A stretch of DNA of 64,000 nucleotides from Chiloscyllium plagiosum (lineage: Eukaryota): the NCBI RefSeq assembly GCF_004010195.1, contig NC_057719.1, positions 6,358,561 through 6,422,560 of the forward strand. The letters are read 5' to 3'. This document shows, in pieces, positions 25,555-39,509 of this stretch. The translations under genes were made by a program, and so were the position numbers. The notes beneath the pieces were generated by a model, which did not search any database, had not been told where the DNA came from, and saw only the letters and a list, made by a program, of their open reading frames with translations. Position 1 is the stretch's first letter, and the number at the start of each line of letters is the position of its first letter.

Positions 25555-28500
25555 AAAGTCCCACCTTCTCATTCTGAGTGGCACTATCACCATGCTCAAT
25601 AGAGTAAGATTTGAACAGATCTAGTTACTCAGGATTGGGCATCCATGAGGTGCTATGGGCCATCAACAGCAGCAGAATTGTACTCCAGCACAATCTATAA
25701 CCTCATGGCTCAACATAGCCCCCACTCAACCATTACCATCAGGCCAGGGGATCAACCCTGGTCCAATGGAGAGTGCTGGAGGGCATGCCAGGAGCAGCAC
25801 CTGGCACATCTGAAGATGCTGCGTCAATCTGATGAAGCTACTTAACTGGACTCCTTGCATGCCAAACAGCATAAGTAGCAAGTGATCGACAGAGCTAAGT
25901 GAGCCCACCAGCAACAGTTCAGATCTAAGCTCTTCAGTCCTGCCACATCCAGTCATGAATGGTAATGGACAATTAAGCAAATCACTGGAGGAGAAGGCTC
26001 CACAAATATCCCCATAACGAAGGAGCCCAGCACATTGGTGCAAAAGACAGGGGTCAAAGCATTCATAGAATGTGGAAGCAAGCTCTTCGGCCCATCAAGT
26101 CCATACTGACCCTCAGAAGAGCATCCCACCCAGACATCCCATGCCTAATTCACCTAGCCTGCACATCCCTGGACACTCTGGGCAATTTCACATGGCCAAT
26201 TCACCTAACCTGTACATATATGGGCAGTGGGAGGAAACTGGAGCACCCAGAGGGGATCCGCATAGACGTGGGGAGAATATGCAAACTCCACACAAACAGT
26301 CACCCGAGGCTGGATTTGAACCTGGGTCCCTGGTACCATGAGGCAGCAGTGTTAACCATTCAATCACCATGCCACCCCATTTGCAGCAATCTTCAGCCAG
26401 AAGTGTCGAGTGGATGATACATCTTGGCCTCCTCCATTGGTCCCCAGCAATACAGATACCAGTCTTCATCCAAGAAATGGTTGGAGACACTGGATGCTGC
26501 AAAGGTTATGGGTCCTGACAACATTCTGGCAACAGTACTGAAGACTTGTGCTCCAGAACTTGCCACTCCCCTAGCCAAGCTCTCCCAGTACAGTTACAAC
26601 ATGGACAAATCCAATCTTGCCAATTACTGCTCCCTCAGTCTATCTTGATCATCAGTACAACATAGAACATAGAACAGTACAGCACAGTACAGGCCCTTCG
26701 GCCCTCGATGTTGTGCCGACCTTTTATCCTACTCTAAGTTCAAACTAACTTACATACCCTCCAGTCCAGACAGCATCCTGGTAAATCTCCTCTGCACCCT
26801 CTCTAAAGCTTCCATACCTTTCCTATAATGAAGCAACCAGAACTGAACACAATATTCCAAGTGTGGTCTAACCAGGGCTCTATAGAGCTGCAGCATAACC
26901 TCACGGCTCTTGAACTCCATCCCCCTGTTAATGAAAGCCAAAACATCGTACCCCTTCTTACCCTATCAACTTTTTAGGTGGCAGCTTTGAGGGATCTATG
27001 GATGTGGAACCCAAGGTCCCTCTGTTCCTCCACACTGCCAAGAATCCTGCCTTTAACCCTGTAATCTGAATTCTAATTCGACCTTCCAAAATGAATGACT
27101 TCACATTTTTCCAGGTTGAACTCCATCTGCCACTTCTCAGCCCAGCTCGGCGTCCTGTCAATGTCCCGCTGCAACCTATAACAGCCCTACACACCATCCA
27201 CAACTCCACCAACCTTTGTGTCATCAGCAAACTTGCTAACCCATCTTCCATTTCCTTATCTAAGTCATTTATAAAAATCACAAAGAGCCGAGGTCCCATA
27301 ACCAATCCCTGTGGAACACCATTGATCACCGAGCTCCATGGTGAATACTTTCCATCTACTACCACCCTCTGTCTTCTATGGGCCAGCCAATTCTGTCTCC
27401 AGACAGTCAAATTTCTCTGTATCCCATGCCTCCTTATTTTCTGAATGAGCTTACAACGGGAAACTTTATCAAATACCTTGCTAAAATCCATATACACCAC
27501 ATCCACTGTTCTACCTTCATCAATGGTGTTTTGTCACATCCTCAAAGAATTCAGTCAGGCTTGTGAGGCATGACCTGCCCCTCACAAAGCCATGCTGACT
27601 ATCTCTAATCAAACTATGGTTTTCCAAGTAATCATAAATCCTGTGTCTCAGAGTCCTCTCCAATACTTTGCCCAATACTGATATAAAACCGACTGTCTGC
27701 AGTTCCCAGGATTATCCCTATTCCCTTTCTTGAACAAGGGAATAATATTTGCCGTCCTCCAATCATCTGGCACTACTCCAGTGGACAATGAGGATGCAAA
27801 GATCATCACCAAAGGAGTTGCAATCTCTTCCCTCACTTCCTGTAGAAACCTTGGGTATATCTGACCCAGGGGATTTATCTATCCCCATGTTTTTCAAAAT
27901 TTTCAGTGCATTCTCCTTCTTAACATCAACCTGTTCAAGCATATCAGCCTGTATCACGTTGTCCTCACCAATGTCAAGTCCCTCTCACTAGTGAATACTG
28001 AAGCAAAGTATTCATTCCATACTTCCTCTGACTCCAGGCACAGGTTCCCTCCACAATCTCTGATCAGCCCTACACTCACTCTGGCCATCCTCTTGTTCCT
28101 CACATAAGTGCAAAACACTTTGGACTTTTCCTTAATCCTACATTCTAAAGCTTTTGCATACCCCGGCCTAACTCTCCTCAGTCCATTCCTCAGTTCCTGC
28201 CTGGCTACCTTGTAACCCTCTGTCTGATCCTTGCCTCAACCTTAAGTAAGCTTCTTTCTTCCTCTTGACTAGATGTTCCACATCCCTTGTACCCAAGGTT
28301 CTTTCACCTGACCATCCCCTCCTTGCCTCAGTGTCCTTGCCTCAACCTTAAGTAAGCTTCTTTCTTCCTCTTGACTAGATGTTCCACATCCCTTGTCACC
28401 CAAGGTTCTTTCACCTGACCATCCCCTCCTTGCCTCAGTGAGACATACCTATCCAAAACTATCAGCAGGTGCTCCCTAAACAACCTCCACATTTCTATCA

Positions 28501-29883
28501 TGCATTTCTCCAAGAACATCTGTTCCCAGTTTTGGTGCCCCAGTTCCTGTCTAATCGCATTGTAATTCCCCCTCCCCCAATTCAATACTTCCCATCCCGT
28601 CTGTTCCTATCCCTATAGTAAAAATCAGGGAACTATGATCACAATTGCCAAATTGCTCTCCCACTGAGAGGTCTGACCCCTGACCTGGTTCATTCCCAAG
28701 GCTCCCCTCCAGCCAGCCTATCTACATTCCTGAAGAAGGGCTCATGCCCGAAACCTTGATTCTCCTGCTCCTTGGATGCTGCCTGACCTGCTGCACTTTT
28801 CCAGCAACACATTTTCATGTTGAGTCAGGAATCCTTCCTGGACGCACCTGACAAAAGCTGCTCCAGGAGACAGTCTGCAGATAGTGGAGATCAGAGTCGA
28901 GCAGTGTGACACTGGGAAAGGCTCATGCCCGAAACGTCGATTCTCCTGTTCCTCGGATGCTGCCTGACCTGCTGTGCTTTTCCAGCGCCACACTTTTCAA
29001 CCCCAAAAGCTAAGGATATTCCAATAAATATTAGGGAAGTTAAAATCACCCATGACAACAACCCTGTTACTTCCGCACCTTTCCAAAATCTGCCTCCCAA
29101 TCTGCTCCTCCGCGTCTCTGTTGCTATTGGTGGAGGTCCGTAGAAAACTCCCAATGAAGTGACTGCTCCTTTCCTGTTTCTGACTTCCACCCATATTGAC
29201 TGTGTAGACACACACCCCTAGACGACCTCTTTTTCTGTAAATGTAATACTATCCCTGATTAGCTCCCCCACCTCTTTTACCTCCCTCCCTATTCCTTTTG
29301 TAATGCCTATACCCTGGAACATCTAACAGCCATTCCTGCCCCTGTGATATCCAAGTTTCCGTAATGGCCACAACATCATAATTCCAAGTACTGATCCATG
29401 CTCTAAGTTCATCTCCCCTATTTCTGATACTTCTTGCGATAAAATAGACACACTTCAACCCATCGCACTGACTGCAACTTTGCCCTATCAACTGTCTATC
29501 CTTCCTCACTGATTCTCTGCTGTATCTGCCTGTTCACCAGCTACCCCATCCTTTGATCCGTAGCTCCAGTTAACAATCCCCTGCCAAACTAGTTTAATCT
29601 CTCCTGGAGAGCTGCAGCAAACCTCCCTCCCAGGAGATTGGTGCCCCTCCAGTTCAGGTACAACCGATCCTTCTTGTAAAAATGAAGGAGTCATCAACAG
29701 TGCTATCAAGCAGCACCTGCTCAGCAATAACCTGCTCAGTAATGCCCAGGGCCACTCAGCTCCTGATCTCATTACAGCCTTGGTTCAGACATGGTGAAAG
29801 AGCTGAATTCCAGAGTGGAGGCGAGAGTGACAGCCCTTGACATCAAGGCTGCGTTCAACTGAGTGTGGCATCAGGAGCCCTAG
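25555..29883 (+). mobile_element. Old LINE (RT-bearing) host, interrupted by HE1 SINE (26065-26378, -) and CR1 (26660-29678, -)
   Basis: KVMGPDNILATVLKTCAPELATPLAKL...ANYCSLSL RT-entry motifs; resumes at 29680 with gtcatcaacagtgctatcaagcagcacctg. Confidence 0.7.
26660..29678 (-). mobile_element. CR1 LINE about 3 kb (endonuclease to RT to tail), frameshifted, with two nested family A hammerhead elements (28729-28815 and 28873-28998)
   Basis: YDVVAITETW, GDFNFPNI (APE endonuclease); DVVYMDFSKVFDKV, GVPQG (RT); tail (ttctatg)n. Confidence 0.9.
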
Positions 29884-30516
29884 TGTGACAATGCTATGGT
29901 TTTATGAGATGCGTTTTGTTGTGTTTTCTTTTAGAGAGAGATTGGGGGACAGGCGCTGTGCACTCTGAGAGAAGATAAATAACTTGTGAGACCTTGGGAT
30001 TTTTTTTAAAAATGGAACAATAGAAGCAGCCTGAGTGGGTGTGGGTGAAGCTCTCACAGATCAAGGATTTTTAGTTAGCTTTCAGCAGTCACTGTTGGGG
30101 TTTTGAAGAACTGAAAGCTCTTTCTCCCTTTCTCAATTACAGCTAAATGTTGTGGGTTCTCTTCCTTAGCTGTTGAGCTGTGTGTGAGACCATCCGTTTA
30201 GTGAATTGGCCCTTTTTGCCAAGGAGCTGGGTTTATGGGATGTTACTGTATTGGAACAGTTAATTAGTAATAGTTACTGTATCTATTATTCACTAAGTTT
30301 TCTAATAGAGTTCAGTTGTTCCAATTTCTTCTTTCTTTTGTTATATTTTAACTACAGTGTTAGAAGAAATTGTGTTTTACTTAATGTTGAGTCGATTGAC
30401 CAGTCACATTGCATCTGGAACATGGCACTTTACACTTACCGTTAGAATAAGAACATGTTAGGGTCTAGGCTTCCTTCTTAAAATATTTTGAGGGAGGTCT
30501 GGTCTAGTCCATAACA
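29884..30516 (+). mobile_element. Solo LTR, about 633 bp
   Basis: Begins TGTGA and ends TAACA; homologous to the split copy at 17672-23971; no coding capacity. Confidence 0.65.
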
Positions 30517-31227
30517 AACTGCACACATTACTCCAGTTGTGGCCTGGCCAATTCTCTGCACAACTCCAACATTACATACTTGCTCTTATACTCGATACCA
30601 TGACTGATGAAAGCAAGTGTCCCATGTGCCTTCTTAACTATCCCATTCACGTGCTCTGCTGACCCCAGGGATCTGTGAATAGAGGGATCATCTAGAAGGA
30701 CAGGGGCAGCAGAAACAAGGAAACTCCATCACCTGAAAAGTTCCCCTCTGAGCCACTCACCATCCTGTCTTGGAAATATATCGCCATTCCTTCACTGTCA
30801 CTGGGTTAAAATCCTGGAATTCCCTCCCAAAGGGCATTGTGGGTCACCTACAGCACAAAAGGACTGCAGTGGTTCAAGAAGGCACCTTCACCTTCTCAAG
30901 GGGCAACTAGGGACGGGCAATAAATGCTGGTGCCTATATCTCCTGAATGAGTAAAACAAAACTACAATGGAGTGAAAGTTTGCTTTCATTACTTCTGTCA
31001 TTGTTCCTTTTCTGCTAAACTCCAGCTAATTACTATCATTGAGGTTTATCACAATTGGTTTCGACCCCTATTCCTCCCTCTCAAACTGAATGTTAAATCC
31101 TGCCACATTATGGTCACTGTTTCAGAGAGGTTCGTATACTCTGAGAGCTTTCATCAAACCTGCTCCATTATGCACTATCAGATCCAAAACAGGCTGGTAA
31201 CTGGTTGGATCCATGACATATTGTTCC

Positions 31228-31314
31228 TCGGATGCTGCCTGACCTGCTGTGCTTTTCCAGCACCACTCTAATCTAGACTCTGATTTCCAGCATCTGCAGT
31301 CCTCACTTTTGCCT
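31228..31314 (+). repeat. Family A fragment lacking the ribozyme core; 10-bp TSD
   Basis: TSD atattgttcc at 31218-31227 and 31315-31324. Confidence 0.7.
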
Positions 31315-31544
31315 ATATTGTTCCAGGAGACTGTTCCAAATACACCAGGCTTCCTCTGCAAAGCTGAATTTCCCAACCTACGTGAAGATTAAGGTAACCC
31401 TTGAATATCTTCTATTGTCACGTGCATTCAATACAAAAAAAAACAGCAAAAAGTGTGTACCATAACTCGTACATAAAAGCTATTCACAGAATAAAGTTTT
31501 TAAAAAAACTGAAAGAGAATACAATTTTTTTCTTCTCTGCTGCT

Positions 31545-31930
31545 AACGCTGAGGGGGTGGCCTTATAGAGGTTTATAAAATCATGAGGGGCATGGATAAG
31601 GGGAATAGCCAAGGTCTTTTCCCTGGGGTGGGGGAGTCTAGAACTAGAGGGTATAGGTTTTAGCTGAGAGGGGAAAGATTTAAACAGGACCCGAGGGGCA
31701 TGTTTTTCACGCATGTGTTTTGGTGTGTGTATGGAATGAGCTGCCAGAGGCAGTGGTGGAGGCTGGTACAATTGCAACATTTAAAAGGCATCTGGATGGG
31801 TATATGAATAGGAAGGGTTTAGAGGGATATGGGCCGGGTGCTGCCAAATGGGATCAGTTTAAGATATCTGGTCAGCATGGACAAGTTGGACTGAAGGGTC
31901 TGTTTCCATGCTGTACATCTCGATGACCCT
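31545..31930 (+). mobile_element. CR1 LINE 3' fragment
   Basis: WNELPEAVVEAGTIATFKRHLDGYM and HER1-type tail. Confidence 0.88.
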
Positions 31931-34527
31931 ATTTAATTCCCAGCTTTGATCTCCTTGTCACCATATCTTTGTAATGGTTATAAGATCATAACCATTAACC
32001 TCTACTTGTGCTGTTAATTCATTAATTTTGTTCTATAGATACTGTCAATGAGATCTTATCCAAACTCTCTCAAAACAAGATCTTTTTGAAGTTTGATTCC
32101 AGCAGTGGTTTCTGGAAGCTTCCATGAGGTAGAGGGTTCTGACCGCTTTCACATTCTGTTCTCTGTTTGAGAGATATTATTCAAACAGATTGTCTCTTGG
32201 ACTCACCTCAACTCCAGAGAGCTTTCAATGCCCTCTGTCCAGCAAGGGTTGGAGGATGTGAAGATGGTACCCCGGTCCATTCAGAAATCACACAGGTTAA
32301 TGCCCAAAGAATACATCCAGCATTGAAATAATTGCAGGCAGCTGGATTCATCTTGCAGTGAGAAATGGGAGGTCTGCTTCCCAGGAATTAGCCATGGGAC
32401 AAGACTCCCAAATATCTTACTGGACATCGGGAATAGTATGGGAAGCTGGCCAATCAACATTTAATTCGAACAGAGGCAACATTTCAAGATTGTCCTGAAG
32501 AAGGATCACTCATTGAGAAACATATCAGTCTGGGTTATAATGTGCCCAAACAGACTGATAAAAGAAAAACTAATCCTATGATCCTGTAATGAAGTGCTCC
32601 TGTCTGTAATCAGGGCCAAAAGCTATGGGTTCAAGTCCCACCTGCCCAAAGCTGTTTAGTTAAAAAGAAATATTAAAATATATAAAGTTACACTTAAATT
32701 CTGGCCCAACCAATGTTGCTCATATCCCATGAATGAATAAAATAAGTTACAGGTCACTGGTTCATAATTGTTTTACCCAATCTGTTTATTGTAATAAATA
32801 CTGATTCATGTTAAATATAGAACCTTGGACAATGTTTTCTGTTCTCAGTGGGTCTGAAGGGCAGGGGAAGTTTGTGTATTTTTCATAACATCTTTAACTT
32901 TTGTAATGACGCTGGGAATAGGAGTTTGATTTTCAGTGAGGTACAACAGTGTCAGGTTGTCGGATAAATGTTTTAATCCTGGGGTCATGGTGTACTTCAA
33001 CAGGTGACACAAACAGAATAGAGGGCTGCAGGAAAAGTTGATGGCAAAACATGATAACCAAACTGTTACATTCCACCTGTCTTCCTGGCACTGTTTATAC
33101 ATTGACAGAAATGATGAAAAATGAAGGTGCAGTTCATTCACGTGTGCACCTGACTCCATCAGAGATAGAGTGATAGATAATGGAGAGTAGAGAGAGTGGG
33201 CCAAATGATGGAGAGATTAGCACTTCCTGTCTTATTCATTCGCAGGATGAGGTATCACAGCCTGGGTCAGCAATTATTGCCCGACCCTAGTTGCCCTTGA
33301 GAAGGTGGTGTTGAGGTGCATTTTGAACAGGGATTTCCAGGATTTTGACCCAGCGACAGTGAAGGAATGGCGATAATATTTCCAAGTCAGGATGGGTGAG
33401 TGGCTTGGAGGGGAACTTGCAGGGGGTGGTGTTGCCATGTATCTGCTGCCCTTATCATTTATTCATTCACAGGATGAGGTCGTCACTGGCCATAGCAGCA
33501 TTTATTGCCCATCCCTAATTGCCCAGAGGGCAGTTAAGAGTCAACCACATAGCTGTGGATGTAGAGTTCCATGTAGACCAGACCAGGTAAGGATGGCAGA
33601 CATCCTCCCCTGAAGGACATTAGTGATCCAGATGATCTTCTAGATTGTAGTGGTCAGGGGTTTGGAAGGTGCTATTGAAAGATTTTTGGTGAATTTCTGC
33701 GGTGCATATTGTAAATAGTACACACTGCTGCTACTAAGCGTCGGTGATAGAGGGAGTGGATACTTATGGATGTGGTCCAATGAAGCAGGCTGCTTTGGCC
33801 TGGCTTATGTCAAGTTTCTTGAGTGTTGTTAGAGCTGTACCCATCAGAGTTGCCAGGCCCTTTTTGACAAAGATCAATGCCCAAAAGGTTGGCACCAGAT
33901 TAATGTAGATTGAAAAGCCCACCTGGTTCACTAATGTCCTTTAGAGAAGGAAGCTGCCATCCCTACCTGGTCTGGCCTCCATGTGACTCCAGACCCACAG
34001 TAATGTGGTTGACTTTTAACTGCCCTCTGGGTAAATAGGGGTGGGTAATAAATGCTGGGCGAGCCAGCGACGCTCTCATCCCATGAATGAATAAAAATGA
34101 TGCAGAAGGGGCTGGTGAGGGAAGCCACTGTAATAGAAAAGGCAGGAACATCCAGCGGGGAGTTCAAAAAAGTTGACTGAAAGCACGAGATAAGGAGCAT
34201 AACATCTGATCCATGGATTAAAGAAGGAAGTGACAACCTGGAGAGCCAGGAAGTGTGATGTGAGCTCAGACAGTGAGTCAAACACTGATCTCAATCCCTG
34301 AGAAGATCACTAACGTTGGAAAGGAAGTCTGGGGCAGGAGTGACAGGTCGTCTCAGCGTGGTCAAGGTTGGGATAGGAGGTCTAGCAAGGGGCAGAGTGC
34401 AACGATAGTGGGGTCCAAAGGACAGGAGGAACGCAGGCCAGGAAACAAGAGGCCCTATGATAGAGAAACTCTGCTCGCTCTCGACAAACCCAGCGGGAGA
34501 TTTGTGAGGGCAGGAAACCATAAACAT

Positions 34528-34851
34528 GGGCAGCACAGTGTCTCAGCGGTTAGCACTGCTGCCTCACAGCACCAGGGACCCGGGCTCGATTCCACCCTCA
34601 GGTGACTGTCTGTGTTGAGTTTGCACATTCCCCCGTGTCTGCGGGGGTTTTCTTGTTTTCTTCCCACAGTCCAAAGATGTGTAGCTTAGGTGGATTGGCC
34701 ATGGGAAATTGCCCATAATGTCTGGGCTAGGTGGATTAGGATTACAAGTATAGGATAGGATGGGGGTGTAGGTCTGGGAGGAATGTTCTTTAGAAGATTG
34801 GTATGGACTCAAAGGGGCTGAATGGCCTGCTTGCACACTGTAGGGATTCTA
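34528..34851 (+). mobile_element. HE1-like SINE
   Basis: tRNA head, V core, tail cacactgtagggattcta. Confidence 0.85.
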
Positions 34852-36242
34852 TAAAGGCTGAATCATGTCGGGACCTGAACAAAAACAGAAATTGCTGGAG
34901 AAATTCAGCAGGTCTGGTAGCAAATGTGCAGAGAAAGCAGAATTAACCAGGTCCAGTGACCTTCCTCATCCAGACAGTGGTACCCATGTCTCGTGTACAA
35001 ATTAAAATTAATTCCTTCCCTACACCTCGCTGTCTTTCCCACTTTCTACTGCAGAGACAAGGAGAAACCCAAGGCAAGTCTGTGGGTGATCAATGCTTGT
35101 TCAGGGCCTAGTACCTCAGGATGGGGAGAGAGAAAGATTTTTCATTCACAAGCTAGCAATTCACCTGCAGAAAATCTCTGTAAAATTGCCAATGAGAACA
35201 ACACGACTCCAAACCCCAACTGCTTTACAATTTATTACATTTCCAAATCCTCTACAGCATTCATTTGTTGACGGTGCAAGATCAGAAAGCTAGTGCTTCC
35301 AAATAAACCCGTTGGACTATAACCTGGTGTTGTGTGATTTTTAACTGAGATCAAAAAGGCATTTTAATATTGATCTGCCAATAATGACATCGCTAATCCT
35401 ATAACTCAATAATTTGTCCCCATTCTTAACTTAAGTACCTCGATGAATTGGAATTATTACCATGCAATAATGGTTGAAACAGTGGCCTAATGTTACACAG
35501 AGGATTCAGTCGCTGTTGAATACTGAGGATGCTGGATTAAACTGAGCTGCTAAATCTGTTCATTACTCACCGAGCAATAGCTCCCATTCTGATCTGCTGC
35601 TAGTTCTTAGAGACAGAATTCTGAGCTCATTTGCTCTTTTTATCTTAGCCCCCATGTTGTTTGTCCCCTTCTCTCCCACACTACTTTGGAACAGTTTCTT
35701 TTAATATTTTCCAGTCACTTGAATGTTCAAGACTGAGGGCAGCCTAGTTTGATTGGCACATACATCAAAAACAACAAATTGCATTTATATAGCACCCCTA
35801 ACGTTATAAAGAAGGCTCTTCAGGAACGCTGTCAAACATAGAACAAGTAACAAAATGGTTGGTGAAAGGTCGAGGGCTTTAAGAAGTGAGGGAGAGGCAG
35901 GGAGATGGAAAGAAGGAATTTCTATGATTCAAGGGATCTGCTGGAAATCTGCACCACCCTAATTCTTGGATCTTGTACATCCCAAATTTTGTCAGCTTCA
36001 TCCTTCGTGGTCAGTTGCCTTGGCCCAGTGTTCTGATATTCCCTATCGAAACCTCTACCTGCCTGATTTTCTCTCTTCGCCTCTATGATGGTACATAAAA
36101 CCGGCATCTTTGACCGAGTCTTTGGTCACTTCCCCTTATTTGGTGCTTGTTCAGACTCTGTGAATGCTGGGGTGTTTTGTTCTGTCAAAGTCACGATATA
36201 AATGCAAACTGTTGTCATTTCTCCTTGACGACATCAGCCTTT

Positions 36243-36420
36243 TGGACATGACGTGGAGGTGTTGGACTGGGGTGGACAAAGCCAGAAGTCACACAACACC
36301 AGGTTAGAGTTCAACAGCTTTATTTGAAATCACTTCACCTGATGAAGGAGCAGCGCTCCGAAAGCTTGTGATTTTAAATAAACCTGTTGGACTATAACCT
36401 GGTGTCCTGTGACTTTGTCT
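36243..36420. repeat. Partly inverted family B element with intact hammerhead at 36336-36370 (+)
   Basis: cac-CTGATGA-a-ggagc-agc-gctcc-GAAA-g-ctt-gtg; arms acaacaccaggtta / taacctggtgtc. Confidence 0.8.
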
Positions 36421-37320
36421 TGTCAGTGACCTAGAGGAGTGGTCAGGTGCCTGCACATTGTATTGGATGCCGCGAGGAGCGGGGGAGGGGTGTTAGGGAA
36501 GCTCATGTGTTGAACTGATCATTCCCTGAAGGACACGCAGCCAAGGAGATAAGGACCTTCTGGGGTGTTTGTGCTGTCCTTTCCTCTATCAATGATGGTT
36601 TGGATGAGGTTGGGGCAAGGTGGGGAGGTCTTGTGACACAGTGGATACCAACCTCTATCCCTAAGCCAGAGGTATCTCTGTGCTCAACTTCCCAAATGGG
36701 AGGCAGAGGCTACACAAGCATAGCAGAAACAAACAAATTAATTATTGCCATGTGAATCACTCGGATATACAGGCAGTAAGACCTTCCTCGTCAGTTATCC
36801 TACTACATTGTCATCACTGAATCCCCCTCAATTGATATCCTGGGAGTTACCATCGACCAGAAACTGAAATGGACTTGCCAAATAAACACAGTGGCCACAA
36901 CAGCAGGTCAGAGGCTGGGAATACAGCAACAAGTAACTCACCTCCTGACTCCCCAAAGCCTGTCCCCCATCTACAAGGCACAAGGCAGGAGTGGGATGGA
37001 ATACTCCCCACTCCCCTGGATGGGTGTAGCTCCAACAACACTCAAGAAGCTTGACACCATCTGGGACAAAGCAGCCGCTTGTTCAGTACCACGTCCCACC
37101 ACCTTCAATACTCACTCATTTCGCCACTGACAGCTCAGCAGCAGCTATGTGTACAATCCACAAGATGCACAGTAACGCCTCACCAAGGCTCCTCCGACAG
37201 CACCTTCCAAATCCCTGACCTTCATTACAAGAAGGACAAGGGCAGCAGATACATGGGAACACCACCAACTGCAAGTTCCCCTCCAAACCACTCCCCATCC
37301 TGACTTGGAAATATTCAGTT

Positions 37321-37526
37321 AAAAATCACACAACACCAGGTTATAGTCCAACAGGTTTAATTGGAAGCACTAGCTTTCGGAGCGACGCTCAGGTGATTGC
37401 CCTGCAATCACCTGAGCGTCGCTCCAAAAGCTAGTGTGCTTCCAATTAAACCTGTTGGACTATAGCTTGGTGTTGTGTGATTTTTAACTTTGTACACCCC
37501 AGTCTAACACCGGCATCTCCGAATCA
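37321..37526. repeat. Palindromic family B element; 15-bp TSD
   Basis: Inverted arms centred near 37400; TSD tggaaatattcagtt at 37306-37320 and 37527-37541. Confidence 0.85.
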
Positions 37527-38199
37527 TGGAAATATTCAGTTCAGTTCGAAGGGTGGGTGAGATCCCACTTCAATTAAGCCCACATCCACGGTTTAATGCC
37601 TTGTATATGATTGAACTTCTGTCTGAGCAGTGCATTGCTTCAGCTCCCTGCGCAGAGAGACAGCAGGAACTACCTATACCAGAGGCTCAGGAGCAATCAC
37701 CTATTCCCCACTCAGATGCATGGGAAGACCTATAGATTTTGGCCGCTTCCAACCTGTCAAGCTCAGAGAGTCTATAATTGAACATACGAACCAGGCCATG
37801 GTAAGTGATACCCGTAATTGGCACCTGCGATAGGGTTGTCTCTGGGTGGATTTGCTGCGACCAACCCCATGTTTTATGGGGCTTCTTTGGATTCCTCAAT
37901 TTCTGACATGAAAGTCAGAGCAGGTACCCGGGGAAATCGTGTCAGGACTATGAACAAGATGGCGGCAGGGCAAGGCGCTCTAGCCTGAGCTCCTCTACTC
38001 ACCAGTTCCTTTATCTTTCTTTTACTCCTCTTTGCAGTATTTTTCAGTATTTTTCTCTGAGACCTTTGACTACACCCTCCAGAGAAAGGGGTCATGGGAG
38101 ATGAATCGTGACTGAAGACCGGGCGGGAGCTGAGCACGTGGGCCACGCCCTGCAGCAGCAGAGCGAGCACTGGATGGGTCCTGGGCCGAATCTTGGAGT

Positions 38200-38727
38200 G
38201 GCACATGGGGAGTCCCAAGTCCAAGAGCGATGGCAGTAGGGGAATCCTGAATCCCGGAGAGAATCCTGAATCCCGGAGAGGCACATGGGGAATCCTGAGT
38301 CCTGGAATGACGGCAGCAGGGAAATCTCAAGTCCCTGAACAATAGAACAGAGCAGCAATCCAAAGATGTGCAGGTCAGGTGACTTGGCCACGCTAAACTG
38401 CCCATAGTGTTAGGTGCATTAGTCAGAGGGAAATGAGTCTGAGTGGGTTGCTCTTTGGAGGGTTGGTGTGGACTGGTTGGGCCAAAGGGCCTATTTCCAC
38501 ACTAGGGAATCTAATTTAATCTAAAACAGAAGCAGGGGAATCTCGAGTCCCAGGGCGACAGCAGCAGGGGATTCTCGAGTCCCAGAGTGACGGCACCAGT
38601 GGAATCCCAAATCCTGGAGCAGCACATAGGGAATCCCGAATCCTGAAGCAATGGCAGCAGGGGAATCCAGAATCCTGGAGCAACGGCGGCAGGGGAATCC
38701 CAAATTCCAGAGCGGCACATGGGGAAT
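38200..38727 (+). repeat. Degenerate minisatellite of about 28-32-nt units (ggggaatcc(c/t)gagtcc(c/t)agagc...gcagca), interrupted by an HE1 3' fragment at about 38358-38524
   Basis: More than 10 recurring ggggaatcc units; one more unit after the PLE at 39511-39540. Confidence 0.75.
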
Positions 38728-39509
38728 TGGATGTAGGTTTGCTTGCTGAGCTGGAAGGTTCATTTTCAGATGTTTCGTCACCATATTAGGTAATCTTCAG
38801 TGAGCCTCCGAACGAAGCACTGCTGGTGTTTCCTGCTTTCTATTTATATGTTTGGGTGCCTTTGGGTTGGTTATGTCATTTCCTGAGGTGATGTCATTTC
38901 CTATGGTGATTTCATTTCCTGTTCTTTTTCTCGGGGGTAGTAAAGACCCTATGCAGACAACAAACAAAACTAATGTTATTTACAAAATACTGTGCAAGGA
39001 CTGTAACAAACATTACATTGGATAAACAGGCAGAAAACTAGCCACCAGGATAAGTGAACATCAACTAGCCACAAAACAACATGACCCTCTCTCACTAGTA
39101 TCCTGACATATGGATGAGGAAGGACACCACTTTGATTGGGACAACACATCCATCCTAGGACAAGCTAAACAGAGACACGCACAAGAATTCCTAGAAGCAT
39201 GGCCTTCCTACTGGAATTCTATCAACAAATGCATTGACTTGGATCCCATTTATCCCCCCCCCGAGAAAAAGAACAGGAAATGGCATCACTATAGGAAATG
39301 ATGTCACCTCAGGAAATGACATCACCAACCCAAAGAAATCCAAACATATAAATAGAAAGCAGGAGACACCAGCAGTACTTCATCCGGAGGCTCACTGAAG
39401 ATGTTACCTAATATGGTGACGAAACATCTGAAAATGAACCTTCCAGCTCAGCGAGCAAACCTACATCCAGAACCTCAACCTGAGCCACAAATCTTCTCAA
39501 AACTCACTA
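38728..39509. mobile_element. Penelope-like element with inverted terminal repeat (38728-38940, -) joined to an EN remnant plus terminal repeat (+); 11-bp TSD
   Basis: NVIYKILCKDCNKHYIG; hammerheads at 38766-38803 (-) and 39392-39431 (+); TSD acatggggaat at 38717-38727 and 39510-39520. Confidence 0.88.

Noticed and set aside
32200..32400. Strong minus-strand donor (GAG|GTGAGT) suggesting an exon of a neighbouring gene; similar site near 57056
   Set aside because: No recognisable peptide, no partner exons, and stops in candidate frames
38200..38727. CRISPR-like appearance of the ggggaatcc array
   Set aside because: Eukaryotic context, degenerate units without unique spacers, no cas genes; a minisatellite
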